A DNA stretch of 64,000 nucleotides. Origin: Mobula birostris (taxonomy: Eukaryota). This document shows positions 11,652-22,985 of this stretch, in pieces (the stretch's first letter is position 1; the number at the start of each line of letters is the position of its first letter). The notes under the pieces are model-generated. The model was given only the letters and a program-made list of their open reading frames with translations. It was not told the DNA's origin and did not search any database. The position numbers and the translations under genes were made by a program. The DNA is taken from contig NC_092402.1 in NCBI RefSeq assembly GCF_030028105.1, positions 44,132,137 to 44,196,136 of the forward strand. Direction: 5' to 3'.

Positions 11652-11861
11652 AGGGTAAAGACGGTAAATACCCTTCCCTAACAACTGTGTATTTCTATAG
11701 AAAAGCAAAAACCTGCAGAGGAAGAGAGCTTAAAATAAAAGCAGGTAAGACCATATGTCTGGTCTTACCTGCTTTTATTTTAAGCTCTCTTCCTCTGCAG
11801 GTTTTTGCTTTTCTATAGAAATACACAGTTGTTAGGGAAGGGTATTTACCGTCTTTACCCT
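11652..11861. repeat. Perfect palindrome: two 102-bp arms and a 6-bp spacer (possible MITE)
   Basis: 11652-11753 is the exact reverse complement of 11760-11861 (checked base by base). The spacer is tatgtc. Confidence 0.97.
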
Positions 11862-11993
11862 GACTTGTTTATGTATGTGATTTTTGGTCTAGGTCAATGC
11901 CTCTGACTCTCAAATACTCTCGAGATAATCTAGCAAGCCATGTAAATTGACGAGAGCTGGGCCATAAAATGCTGGCCTTCCTAACACTACAGG

Positions 11994-12290
11994 TAGATAG
12001 ATAGATACCTTATTGATCCCAAAGAAAATTACAGTGTCACAGTAGCATTACAGGTGAACAGATACACTAATGTACAAATATTAGAAGAGAAGTAAGAAAG
12101 AATAAAAAAAAAGTTACCTCTAAAAGACTAACAGGAGGGAGCCATCACTTCCCTGGCTATAGGTTGACTCATTATAGAGCCTGATGGCCAAGGGTAAGAA
12201 TGACCTCATATCACGCTCTTTGGAATAGCGCAGTTGTCTTAGTCTATTACTAAAAGTGATCCTCTGTTGAGCTAAGGTGGCATGCATAGG
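11994..12290 (-). mobile_element. Rex1-type LINE 3' end (same family as 7180-8330)
   Basis: Reverse complement of 8050-8330, including the (GATA)n tail. Confidence 0.85.
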
Positions 12291-12504
12291 TTACATCTCA
12301 TGAATGAGTATAAAGCACATATTAATATGTTGAAGATAGATGTAAATGTGACACCCCCAAGGGTGAAATCTGTTCTAGCAATTCCTGGGTGAAGGACACT
12401 CACTTACTTTTGACACCAAATCTGCCTTCTCTGGGAATGCATTTTCAGTATAAGCCATCACCAATGGGAGTGAGCATTACTGGGGGGGAGGGGGTGGGAA
12501 GACA

Positions 12505-12742
12505 GAGGTGTTTTTTTTTTAAACACAGAGACTGGTTGGTGTGTGGAATGCATTGCCAGGGGTAGTGGTAGAGACAGATACATCAGAAGCATTTAAGAGA
12601 CTCTAGATAGGGATATGGATGAAAGACAAATTGATGGCTTTGTGGAAGAGAAGGGTTAGATCGATTTTGAAGTAGGTTGGAAGGTTGACATAACATCCTA
12701 GGCCGAAGGGCCTGTTCTGTGTTGTACTGTTCTATGTTCTAT
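12505..12742 (+). mobile_element. CR1 3' fragment
   Basis: Tail 'ggccgaagggcctgttctgtgttgtactgttctatgttcta'. Confidence 0.75.
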
Positions 12743-13219
12743 ATCACTGAACTACATAGGCGAGGAAACACCCAAAACTTTGTAGCCAAGGGAAAGGAAA
12801 ATTTGAATTGGAATTGGTTTATGTTCACATGTATTGAGTTACAGTGAATGGCTTGTCTTGCATACAGTTCATATACATCAGACCATTGTACAGTGCACTG
12901 AGGAAGTACAAGGTAAAACAATAACAATGCAGAATAAAGTATTAACAACTACAGAGAGAGTGCAGTGCATGTAGACAATGAGGTGCAAGATCATTATGAG
13001 GTAAATTTTGAGATCAAGAGTTCATCTTTACTAAAGACATTTTAATAACAGTGAGGTAGAAGCTGTCTGTGAGCCTGTGGTCTGTGCTATCAGACTTCAG
13101 TATCTTCTGTCCAATGGGGTAGGGGGTGGGGGGAGAAGGTCTTCCATCATGACACAGTGGGAAAGAAACGAGTTTGAGGAAAATATTCGTCTTCACAATG
13201 TTGTATTCACAAGTATTCA

Positions 13220-13381
<162 letters not shown>

Positions 13382-14539
13382 TCAGAGCCACAGTACGAAA
13401 TTGAAGAGGTGGACACTGCATGGCTGTTACCTTTCAATGGACAGCTTGGAAATAGGGGTGAGTTGAAAAGTAAAGGGTTAGCCATTTCGAATACAGGAGG
13501 AGAATATACTGTATATAGCACCCTCCATTGGACTTTTGTGCTTAACACAATTGGCTCTGTGTGCAAAAAGCCCAAACTTAAGCTGGCAATTGGACATAAA
13601 CTAAAAAACAGAAGTTAACGTAGATAGATGATTTTAAGCAGTCCCAAGATAACATTTGAGAATTACAAACTGGATATTTTCTCATGCACTCGTCATTAGC
13701 TGATCTACTCATCTTCACATTTTCAGATCCACTGCAACTGAATGTCTGGGCGGGAGTATGGCCATAGCTGACATTGAATGGCCTGGACCATAGACAAGTT
13801 TCCCTACCTCACAGAGATGTAAGTTTGCACTGAAGCCCACACCATATGCCAGGTTTGTTGAATAGTTGGGAGTTAAACTATCACAATGTGTAAGAGGTTT
13901 TCAGTGACTGATCAGTTGAGGCAGGAGTAAGTGATCAGCAGAGTAAGGGATAAAACTGGAGCTTGTCTCTGAATTTTATGCCAGGTGTTAGTAGACTTAT
14001 AGAAGATCAGAGGTGGGCCAGCACAAGAAATAGATATGCAAATAATTTACTAGCTATCGTTCATCTTTTAGCATATGAAAAGTCTGTTAAAGCATCTGAT
14101 AACAGCAGGACAGAAGCTGTCTTTGAGTCTGTCCAGTCTGTCCATTTTGACCCTGTGACAATGAAGAAACAATGTTGTAAAGTTGAACTTGGGGAAGTGT
14201 GTGCCTCAAAGGGAACTCTGTGGCTTTCCCATGTGTTAGCTGCCCTTGTTCATCCAGATGGTACAGACCATGGGTTTGCGAGGAACTGGCAATGAAACTA
14301 TGGAGCTGGCAAGATGTTAGAAGTATAGAAACAACATAAAAAACAAGTGCTGAAGTAGATTATTTGACCCATTGTTCATATCCACAGGCTTGTTGCATAT
14401 CCCTTGATGCACATTTTGCTTCATTTGGCACGCACTTGTCACTCACTCAATGTCTAAATAGCCACAGCAGCCTCTGTGCATCCTCCTCACAACTCATAAT
14501 CCAGCCTTGTGTCATCAGCCAACTTAGAGATATTATCAG

Positions 14540-14574
14540 CACAAGAGATTCTGCAGATGCTGGAAATACAGAGC

Positions 14575-14620
<46 letters not shown>

Positions 14621-14710
14621 AAATGCTGGAGGAACTCAGCAGATCAGGCAGCACCTATGGAGAGGAATACAGAGTCGACATTTTGGGCCCAGACCCTTTA
14701 TTGGGACTGC
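14540..14710 (-). mobile_element. Penelope-derived short repeat with an expanded (CA)n
   Basis: 'ctgcagatgctggaaat...(ca)n aaaatgctggaggaactcagc...gtcgacattttgggcccagaccc'. Confidence 0.75.
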
Positions 14711-15769
14711 GTCATATCAGGAATGCTGTATTACATATGATTCCATTGATATAAATTGTAAACAGAATATTGCAGTGGCATCCTTGAATATACATTGCAG
14801 CTGTGGTATGCAAATTGGTTAAGAGTGGAAGTGCCATCCAAGCAGACTCCTTTGTTGTGCTCAGCATTGATCTGCCTAAAGCTATACTCATTCCAGCAAT
14901 GCTTGTCTGCCTGCCTGGGAAAAAAAATAAGAGAAGGGCGAGTTCAATCAGTTTAACCTGTGCAGTAATTGCTCCTCGAATAATTCTTATGCTTTCAAAG
15001 GGTGTGAGGTTTCAGTGAACCCAATGGAGACACAATTAAAATGACCTGACATCAGGTTCATGGACTTCCATCAGAAACACTTGCAAAGATAAACGGCACT
15101 TCAAAGGGACTGTTATTAATTGAAGTGGTTTCTATCTCATGTCAACCAGAACTACAAGGCTCATTAAACAAATGACCAAGAACCCAAAGTGCCTCCATTG
15201 GTATCTGAGTGAACTTTGGAGACCAGCAATCTAATTAAGGTTCCATTCAAATAGCAATCAAAAGCCCAAAAGAATGTCCATTTAAAAAGGCTCCATTCTG
15301 CCAGGAATTCCTCACTGAAGGAATTAAGATCCAACCTGATGAAGTCTGAAGCTTGAGGGAAAAGAGAATGTGCCAGAAATATCAGTGAACTTTCAGCACA
15401 GCAAACAAGGAAGATTGATGCCTTTGGAACTGTTAGCCAATGTATTAGGGCCCAAGATATTAATTACTCATCGTTCATTGTGGAAGTTGACTAACTGGCC
15501 ATCAGATTCCCTTATTTTTTGATTTCATATTCATTGACATAACAGTCACTAAGGTTTTGCCATCTGTCATGGTAGCAATGGTGTAACAATAATATAAATG
15601 GGAAAGTGTGAAAGGACCTTGGTATCACTTTTACCCGTTATACATTCTTTCAATATCAAGACACACCTGCCCATTATTTTCAGCCATTAAATGGCTTGTT
15701 GTGATGGATATGTGTTTCAAGGTACATCTGCTCATCATTCACATAGTCCCCCTCACCCCCCCCACTGTT

Positions 15770-17110
15770 CCCCTATATGGTTCTATGGTTCACTCTCCTC
15801 TCCTATCAGATTCCGCCATCTGCAGCCTTTTGTTGCCTCCACCTGTCATCTCCCAATCTCTTATCACCAGTTCCATTCTCACTTCCTCCTTCAGCTTATC
15901 ACTTCTCATCACCTGGATCTACCTACCGCTTGCCAGTTCCTTTAAAGCTTTGCTTTATTTGTCACATGTACATCGAAACATACAGTGAAATGCACCGTAT
16001 GTGTCAACGATCAACACAGTCCGAGGACGTGCTGGTGGCAAACCCACAAGTGTCGCCAACATAGCATGCCCACAACTTACTAACCCGTATATTTTGGAAT
16101 GTGGGAGGAAACTGGAGCAGCCAGAGGAAACCGACAAAGTCACGGGAGAATGTACAAACTCTTTACAGACTGCGGCGGGAATTGAACCTCGATCACTGGC
16201 GCCGTAGAGCAATTGCACTAACCACTACACAGCTGTGCCTTCCCTTGCCTCACCTCTTCCCCTCATCTCCTTACACTGGCTACCTCCCCTTTATCATTCA
16301 GTCCAGATGAAAGGCCTCGACCTGAACTGTCAACTGTCCAATTCCCTCCATAGATGCTGCCTGACCCATCGAGTTCCTCCAGCATCTTGATTGTTGCTCT
16401 AGATTCCAGCATCAACAGTCACTTGTGTCTCCTCTTGTTATACCAACATGTATTGCAAACTAATTCATTTCAAATACACTTCAAGCTGTGAGTTTTATAG
16501 GTGAGACCAGGAGAGGGAGAAGGTGGGTGGTGGTGGGGGGAGCAGGGAGGAAGTAAGAAGCTGGGAGGTGATAGGTGGAAGAGGTAAAGGGCTGAAGAAG
16601 AAAGAATCTGATTGGAGAGGAGAGTGTTCCATACGAGAAAGGGCAGGAGGAAGGACACCAGAGGGAAATGATGGGCTGGTGAGAAGGAGAACGAAGGGAG
16701 CCAGAATGGGGAATGGAAAATAGAGAAGGAGGAAGGGGGAGGGAAATTACAGGAAGTTAGAAAAACTGATGGTCATTCTGTCAGGTTTCACCCAGATGGA
16801 ATATGAGGTGATGTATCTCCAATCTGAGTGTGTCTTCATCATGGTATTGGCTTGCCTCTCTCCCACCCACCCACCTACCTTTCCCCTCACCTGGTTTCAC
16901 TGATCACCTGTCTACTTGTACTCCTTCCCTCCCAACACATTCTTATTCTGGATTGTTCCCAGTCCTTTACACTTCTGATGAAGGGTCTCAGCCTAAAACA
17001 TCGATTGTTTATTCCTGTCCATAGATGCTGTCTGACCTGCTGAGTTCCTCCAGCATTTTGTGTGTGTGTTGCCCTGGATTTCCAGCACCTGCAGAATCTC
17101 TTGTGTTTAA
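15770..17110. mobile_element. Cluster of Penelope-derived terminal-repeat fragments in both orientations, with a nested minus-strand V-SINE (15950-16235)
   Basis: Pyrimidine-rich terminal-repeat body, hammerhead-like motifs near 16300 and 16974, and a GIY-YIG remnant near 16770-16850. Confidence 0.65.
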
Positions 17111-18086
17111 TATACAAGTGGACATGGTTGGCATCTTCTATTCTTGATTCTCCTGCTTGCTCAAATGATGCATAATATAAAAACCAATTTAACCTACCAC
17201 CAGCTAGTAATCCTCTTTAAGGCACAAAGGTGATTAAAGGTCTACTTTGTAGACTGTCTGGAACTTTATAGACTGTCTGGAGACCTAACAAGATGGAGGA
17301 ACTTTGAAGGAGTATCTCTGACTTCGGTGGTGTATTGGGAGTCAGAAGCAGCTTTGGAATGAGGGCAATGTAGCTGTTTGCAAACAAGATGGATAAATCT
17401 ATCAACACACACAAAATGCTGGAGGAACTCAGCAGCTTAGTAGTTCCTTCAGCATTTTGAGTGAGTGTTACCCTTCATTTCCAGCATCCGCAGAATCTCT
17501 TGTGAATAAAACAATCAATATGCTGTGGAGGTTGAGTGGTACATTTCAACGTGGTCACCACATTATTACAGGCAGTATCATTGGATAAGATTGGGAATTG
17601 ATCCGAAGATCAACGTTCCTCATTAAAAGATATTTGCTGCAAGGCTTGTCGCTTGATCAGTATCCCTCATGAGAGTTATTAGTAATTCCCATTATCTTGA
17701 GGCGCAGGTTAAATTTCAATGTAGCTACAATTCAGTGAAACCTAATTACTGCATCTCTGATATTTTGTTCCCCTCAGGGATTTTAATATAAGAGCAACAC
17801 CAGGTGCAAGAGATAAACATGCTACCATATCAGATAGTCTTGATATATGTTAATCTAAAAGGTATTAAGATCACAAGCATCCTGGGTAGAATGACGCACT
17901 GGAACCTACACAAAGAATAACATTTTAATTGAAGAACAAAATAAAATCTTGAACGGTAATGGGGTTTTATTCAGATGGGTAGTCTGGTCATGAGATAACA
18001 GCTGGTAAATAGCTTGTTGTGTAAACAAAGGGAGTGTAGCTTTAAAGCAACGGATTAGGTAAATCCCCCCTCATCAACCTAACATG

Positions 18087-18106
18087 TGACCTTACGATAA
18101 AGGTCA
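18087..18106. promoter_or_regulatory. Candidate nuclear-receptor response element, everted repeat ER8
   Basis: TGACCT-tacgataa-AGGTCA: two perfect half-sites in apparently unique intronic sequence. Confidence 0.35.
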
Positions 18107-18159
18107 TTCACGAAGTAGCTGAACATGGTTAAGAACAATCATTTTGACTCAAAGAAATG

Positions 18160-18935
18160 GGGCAAGAGCTACTCAGGTTAGTAGAGCTGCTCTCTCACTC
18201 TTCCAGTCACCTGGGTTCCATTCAGACTTCCAGTGCTGTCTCTGCGGAGTTTGCATGTTTTCCCTGTGGCTATGTTTCTGCTGGGTGTTCTTGTTTCCGC
18301 CCTCATCTCAAAAAAGCATGGATGTTGCATCAGAATCAGGTTTATTATCATTGACATATGTTGTGAAATTTGTTGTTTTCTGGCAGCAGTACAGTGTAAA
18401 ACATAGAAAAAACTATAAATTACAATAAGGAATATATACATATACATTTAGTTAAACTAGCAGTGCAGAAAAGGACAAAAACAGCACGGTAGTGTTCATG
18501 GTTTGGTTCATTTCAAAATCTGATGGTGGAGGGGAAGAAGCTGTTCCTGAAACTTTTGAGTGTGTGCTTTCAGGCTCCTGTACCTCCTCCCTGATGGTAG
18601 CAATGAGAAGAAGGCATATCCTTGGTGATTGGGGTCCTTAATGATGGTTGCCGCCTTCTGAAGATGTCCTCAATGCTGCTGAGACTATTGCCTAAGATGG
18701 AGCTGGCTGAGTCGCAACCCTTTGCAGCTTTTTCCAGAAAAATAAAAGGTTGGTAGGCTAATTGGCTCCTGTAAAATTTCTCTAGTGTGTTAGTGTGTGG
18801 TGGGATCTGGGAGGGGTTGAGAGGCAGTGAGGGGGAGAATTAAATGTGATCAGAGTAGTATCGGTGCAATTGGGTGTTTGATGGGTCTGTATGGACTCAG
18901 TAGGTTGAAGGGCCATCTTCTGTACTATATGATTA
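18160..18935 (+). mobile_element. HE1-like V-SINE with a CR1-type tail, split by a minus-strand Rex-type fragment (about 18330-18740)
   Basis: tRNA-like head and V domain up to about 18325. It resumes with 'ggttggtaggctaattggc' and ends in the CR1-type tail 'gaagggccatcttctgtactatatga'. Confidence 0.7.
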
Positions 18936-20873
18936 TATAAGTCTGGTGAAACATGGCCAACTGAGTTCATATATAATACTTCTTCCATTGTAAGGTGAAA
19001 TGCTGGACTTCATGCTGATATTAGCACAGAGATCAGTGTCATTTGCTTTTCTTCAGATACCAAGTTATGTACAAAACCTTGGGATGATTCAATGCAATGT
19101 CTGGAGCATATTAGCACAGCTGATTGGCTCCTCTTGACTTTCAACGGTAGCAACATAGCCAGGATCTCCTTCATCAATTTCCACAGGATGCCAATGAGAA
19201 GGAACTTAATGCTACGTTATGATATCTTGAGGTATTTTTCTGCATCACCTACATGACAAATTAGGTGTGTATTGGACTACTTCCTCTCATTTGGGTAACT
19301 CCAAGCAACACTGAAGAAGTTCAACACCATCCATGGTAAATCATTTATTTGAACACCACCCTGATGAACATCTACTCCAACACCCTTGTACTGTCTACAA
19401 TATGTATTATCAACAGCTTTAGACTGCAGTAGAAATTCATGCTGTGTTGCATGGTTTTGTTTCTCTTTTGGAATTGGTTTATTATTGTCACATATACCGT
19501 GATACAGTGAAAAGCTTGTCTTGCATACTGTTCATACACATCAAATCATTACACAGTGCATTAAACTAGAATAAGGTTGATTGTGAGGCCAAGAATCTAT
19601 CTTATTGTACAAGAGCTCAGTTCAAAAGACTGATAACAGTGGGATAGAAGCTGCCCTTGAGCCTGGTGTTATGTGCTTTCAGACTTTTGAATCTTCTGAC
19701 TGATGGGAGAGGGGAGGAAAGACAATGTTTGGGGTGGTTGGAGTGTTTGATTATGCTGGCAGCTTTACTGAGGCAGTGAGAAGTATAGACAGATAAGGGT
19801 TAAATATGTGATGTTGCAGTATCTGTGGATTACATTTAAATTCCAAATATTGGCTCCATCGACTTCAGCTAAATCAACTTTCAAAATCAGAATGCGACAG
19901 GCTTTTGTGCAACATTGCACGGAGAGCACAAACAGTCAAAAATGAATTTCCACCTCCAAGTGTATAATCCAGATTGCATCATGCACTCTGTGGTTCACAG
20001 GTTATAGTATATTGTTGTTCAATTCCAAAGATTCTAATATTCCTCCTTATATGAATAGACAACATGAAATTTAAACAATTCCTTTCTGCTTCACAGATTC
20101 CAATTCCCTGGCTTGATATCTTTCATGAGTGAGCTTGCTTCAATTATTTAACTCTGCTGCATTTTCTGGGGTGGAATCTCTCCCTCCTGACATTTGTCAT
20201 TATGTCTCTGTGCTTTTAACATAGCATATTGTTCCTCAATGCAGCCTTACACAGGTCTTTTCAGCAGAATGAAGCAATACTCTGCAATGCCTGAGAAGTC
20301 TAGTTTGGAAACTGCCCAGGAGTCCAGCCATATATTCTGCTTGGCACAGGAGAATTCCAGTGGGATATCATGGAGGAAATGGAAATAACAGGATAAATAT
20401 TGCAACAACGACTGCTCATGGGAAGAACGGCTTCCAATTAAAGGAGCTGTTCCTGCATTTATTTAACAAGGCAGAGTTTCTTTTAGTGAATTAATTTATC
20501 CTAGATAATGGAAACACAATGAGAATTCCGTTTGCCAGAAAGTGAACTGAGGGCACCATCTATTCACATGAAAATCATATAATCTTGGAGTGGCAGACAT
20601 GTGGAAGCACTCGAGGCTGAAGGGTATCTCCAGAGTGTTGGAGGCTGTGGGGAGACCTGATAGAAGTTTATAAAATTATGAGGGTCATAGACATTTTTAT
20701 TCCAGTGCACAAATCTCCAATACTAGATGGTATAGGCTTAAGGTGAGAGGGTGAACATTGATGGGCAAGGCAAGTTTCCTTACACAGAGAGCAGAAGGTG
20801 CTGCAATGCACTGCCAGGTGCACTGGTGAAAGCAGAAACAACAGTGGCATTTAAGACACTTTTAGACAGACAC

Positions 20874-21231
20874 CTTCTTCGACAATCGTCACCTTGCCAT
20901 GCTGGAGAGGCTAATGAGTTCCCGAGATCCCGAGAGCGACGCTGTCTGGAGCTTAGCTCCTGATAGGGTCACCCATGGCAGTGAGGTCAAGGAGGAGGTC
21001 CCAGACAAAGAGTGTTCCAACCAAGACCTCAACGGTGGAGCTGGCAGAAGGTGATGACACATCACAACTGCAGTGAAGGCAGAGGAAGGCTACAGCAGTG
21101 TTGGTTCCCCATTCGTCTTGCATTCCATGCCACTGGACCCTGCCCCCAATCTGTCAAGGCGGCATCAGCCTCCTCACGTTAAACAAAGTCACGCACAGGC
21201 GTTCTTCATTAAGGGGATAACACTACTACTG
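20874..21231 (+). mobile_element. Short non-autonomous RTE derivative inserted into a CR1 fragment
   Basis: RTE-type 5' end 'caccttgccatgctggagagg...gggtcacccatggc...ccagacaaagag', a (CTA)n tail and an imperfect TSD gacagacac/gacaggcac. Confidence 0.65.
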
Positions 21232-22045
21232 GACAGGCACATAAGCATGCAAGGAATTGAAGGATATGGATCACATGCAGGCAGAAGGGAAGAGTTTAAT
21301 TTGGCCTATTCCTGTGCTGTATTGTTCTATATTCTACATTAAACGTTTGCTCTTCATTCACACAGAATCAACATCAGGGCATACAGTATTTGGCTCAGCA
21401 GAGTGAAAATGATAATCAAAACAATGATCATCCTGAATCCAAGAGTGCATAGTACCTTAACTGTCTCCACATTTGCATCTCCTAGTGCCTTCAGTGAAAG
21501 AGTCATCTTTTGCTCTCTGACTGCCAGTTTATTTCTAAGTGCAAACTGGTAAATTGGTTGGTTATTGTCACATGCACCAAGATGTCTTTTGTGCCATCCG
21601 CACAGATCATTTCAACACATCAGTGCTCTGACGTAGACAAAAGGAATGGCAATAATAGAAAGCAGAATAAAGTGCAACAGTTACAGAGAAAGCCCAGTGC
21701 AGGCAGACAATAAGCTGCACAGCCATGATGAGGTAGATTGTGAGGGCAATGTGCTAGATTGCTGAGTTGGGTAATTCTGCATACCAGGCACTTGACTGGA
21801 TGGAGACCATGAGCCCATTTCACATGGAAGTCATACAGTTAAGGTGTGACAGACATTCTGGTGAAAGGGAAAGTAGAGTGCACCAAAGGGAAGGGGCGAG
21901 TTGCGTCAGCAATCAAGGCTTCTGTCTGAGCAATATTATGTGCAATAAAAAGGGAATAGAAACATATTTACAACAGCTCAACCTCATTCCCCCATCTTAA
22001 GTACAACTCTCTTTGAATAACTGCACATAGAGGTGATATACTGTA

Positions 22046-22985
22046 TGCTCAGTAGCCACTTCATTAGGTATCTCCTTTGTCTAATAAACTGGCCAGAGTG
22101 TATGCTTGTGGTCTTCTGATGCTCTAGCCCACCCACTTCAAAGTTTGACATGTTGTGCATTCAGAGATGCTCCTGCACACCACTATTGTAATCTGTGGTT
22201 ATTTGAGTGTGGCTATCCTCCTCTGACCCCTCTCATTAACAAGGCGTTTTCACCCACAGAACTGCTGCTCACTGGATGATTTTTGTTGTTCACACCACAC
22301 CCTGTAAACACTAGAGATTGTTGTGTGTGAAAATCCCAGGAGATCAGCAGTTTCTGAGATACTCAAACCACCCCATCTGACACCAACAATAACTCGACAG
22401 TCAAAGTCAATTAGATCACAATTTCTCTCCATTTTGATGCTTGGTCTGGACAACAACTGAACCTCCTGACCATGTCTGCATGCTTTTATGCATTGAGTTG
22501 CTGTCACATGATTGGCTGCTTAGATATTTCAAAGTCAAAGTCAAAGTAAAATTTATTATCAGAGTACATACATGTCACTGCTTGCAACCCTAAGATTCTT
22601 TTTCTGTGGGCACACTTGGCAAATCTATAGAACTGGTAACTGTAAACAGGATCAATGACCAAACAACTGTGCAAATGCAGATATAAATAAATAGCAATAA
22701 ATAACAAGCATGAAATTAACAAGATAAGAGTCCTTAAATGAGTGTAGGTATCCCCTTTTGCTCAAGAGCCTGATGATTGAGGGATTGTAACTGTTCTTGA
22801 ACCTGTTATTGTGAGCTCTTGTACCTTTTACCTGATGGCAGGAGCAAGAAGAGAGCATGGCCTGGGTGGTGAGGATCTTTGATAATGGATGCTGCTTTTC
22901 TACGCCAGTGTTTCATGTAGCTGCGCTCAATTGTTGCATTAATGAGTGGGTGTACAGGTGTACCTAATAAAGTGGCCACTGAGTA
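22046..22985 (-). mobile_element. Non-autonomous Tc1-like DNA transposon, interrupted by a Rex-type fragment (about 22529-22935)
   Basis: TIR 'ctcagtggccactttattaggtac'. ORF 22250-22507 is a transposase HTH remnant (DLIDFD...GLSISETADLLGFS). Confidence 0.85.

Noticed and set aside
14364-14822. 152-aa ORF with an HT repeat
   Set aside because: It is the translation of a (CA)n microsatellite within a Penelope-derived repeat.
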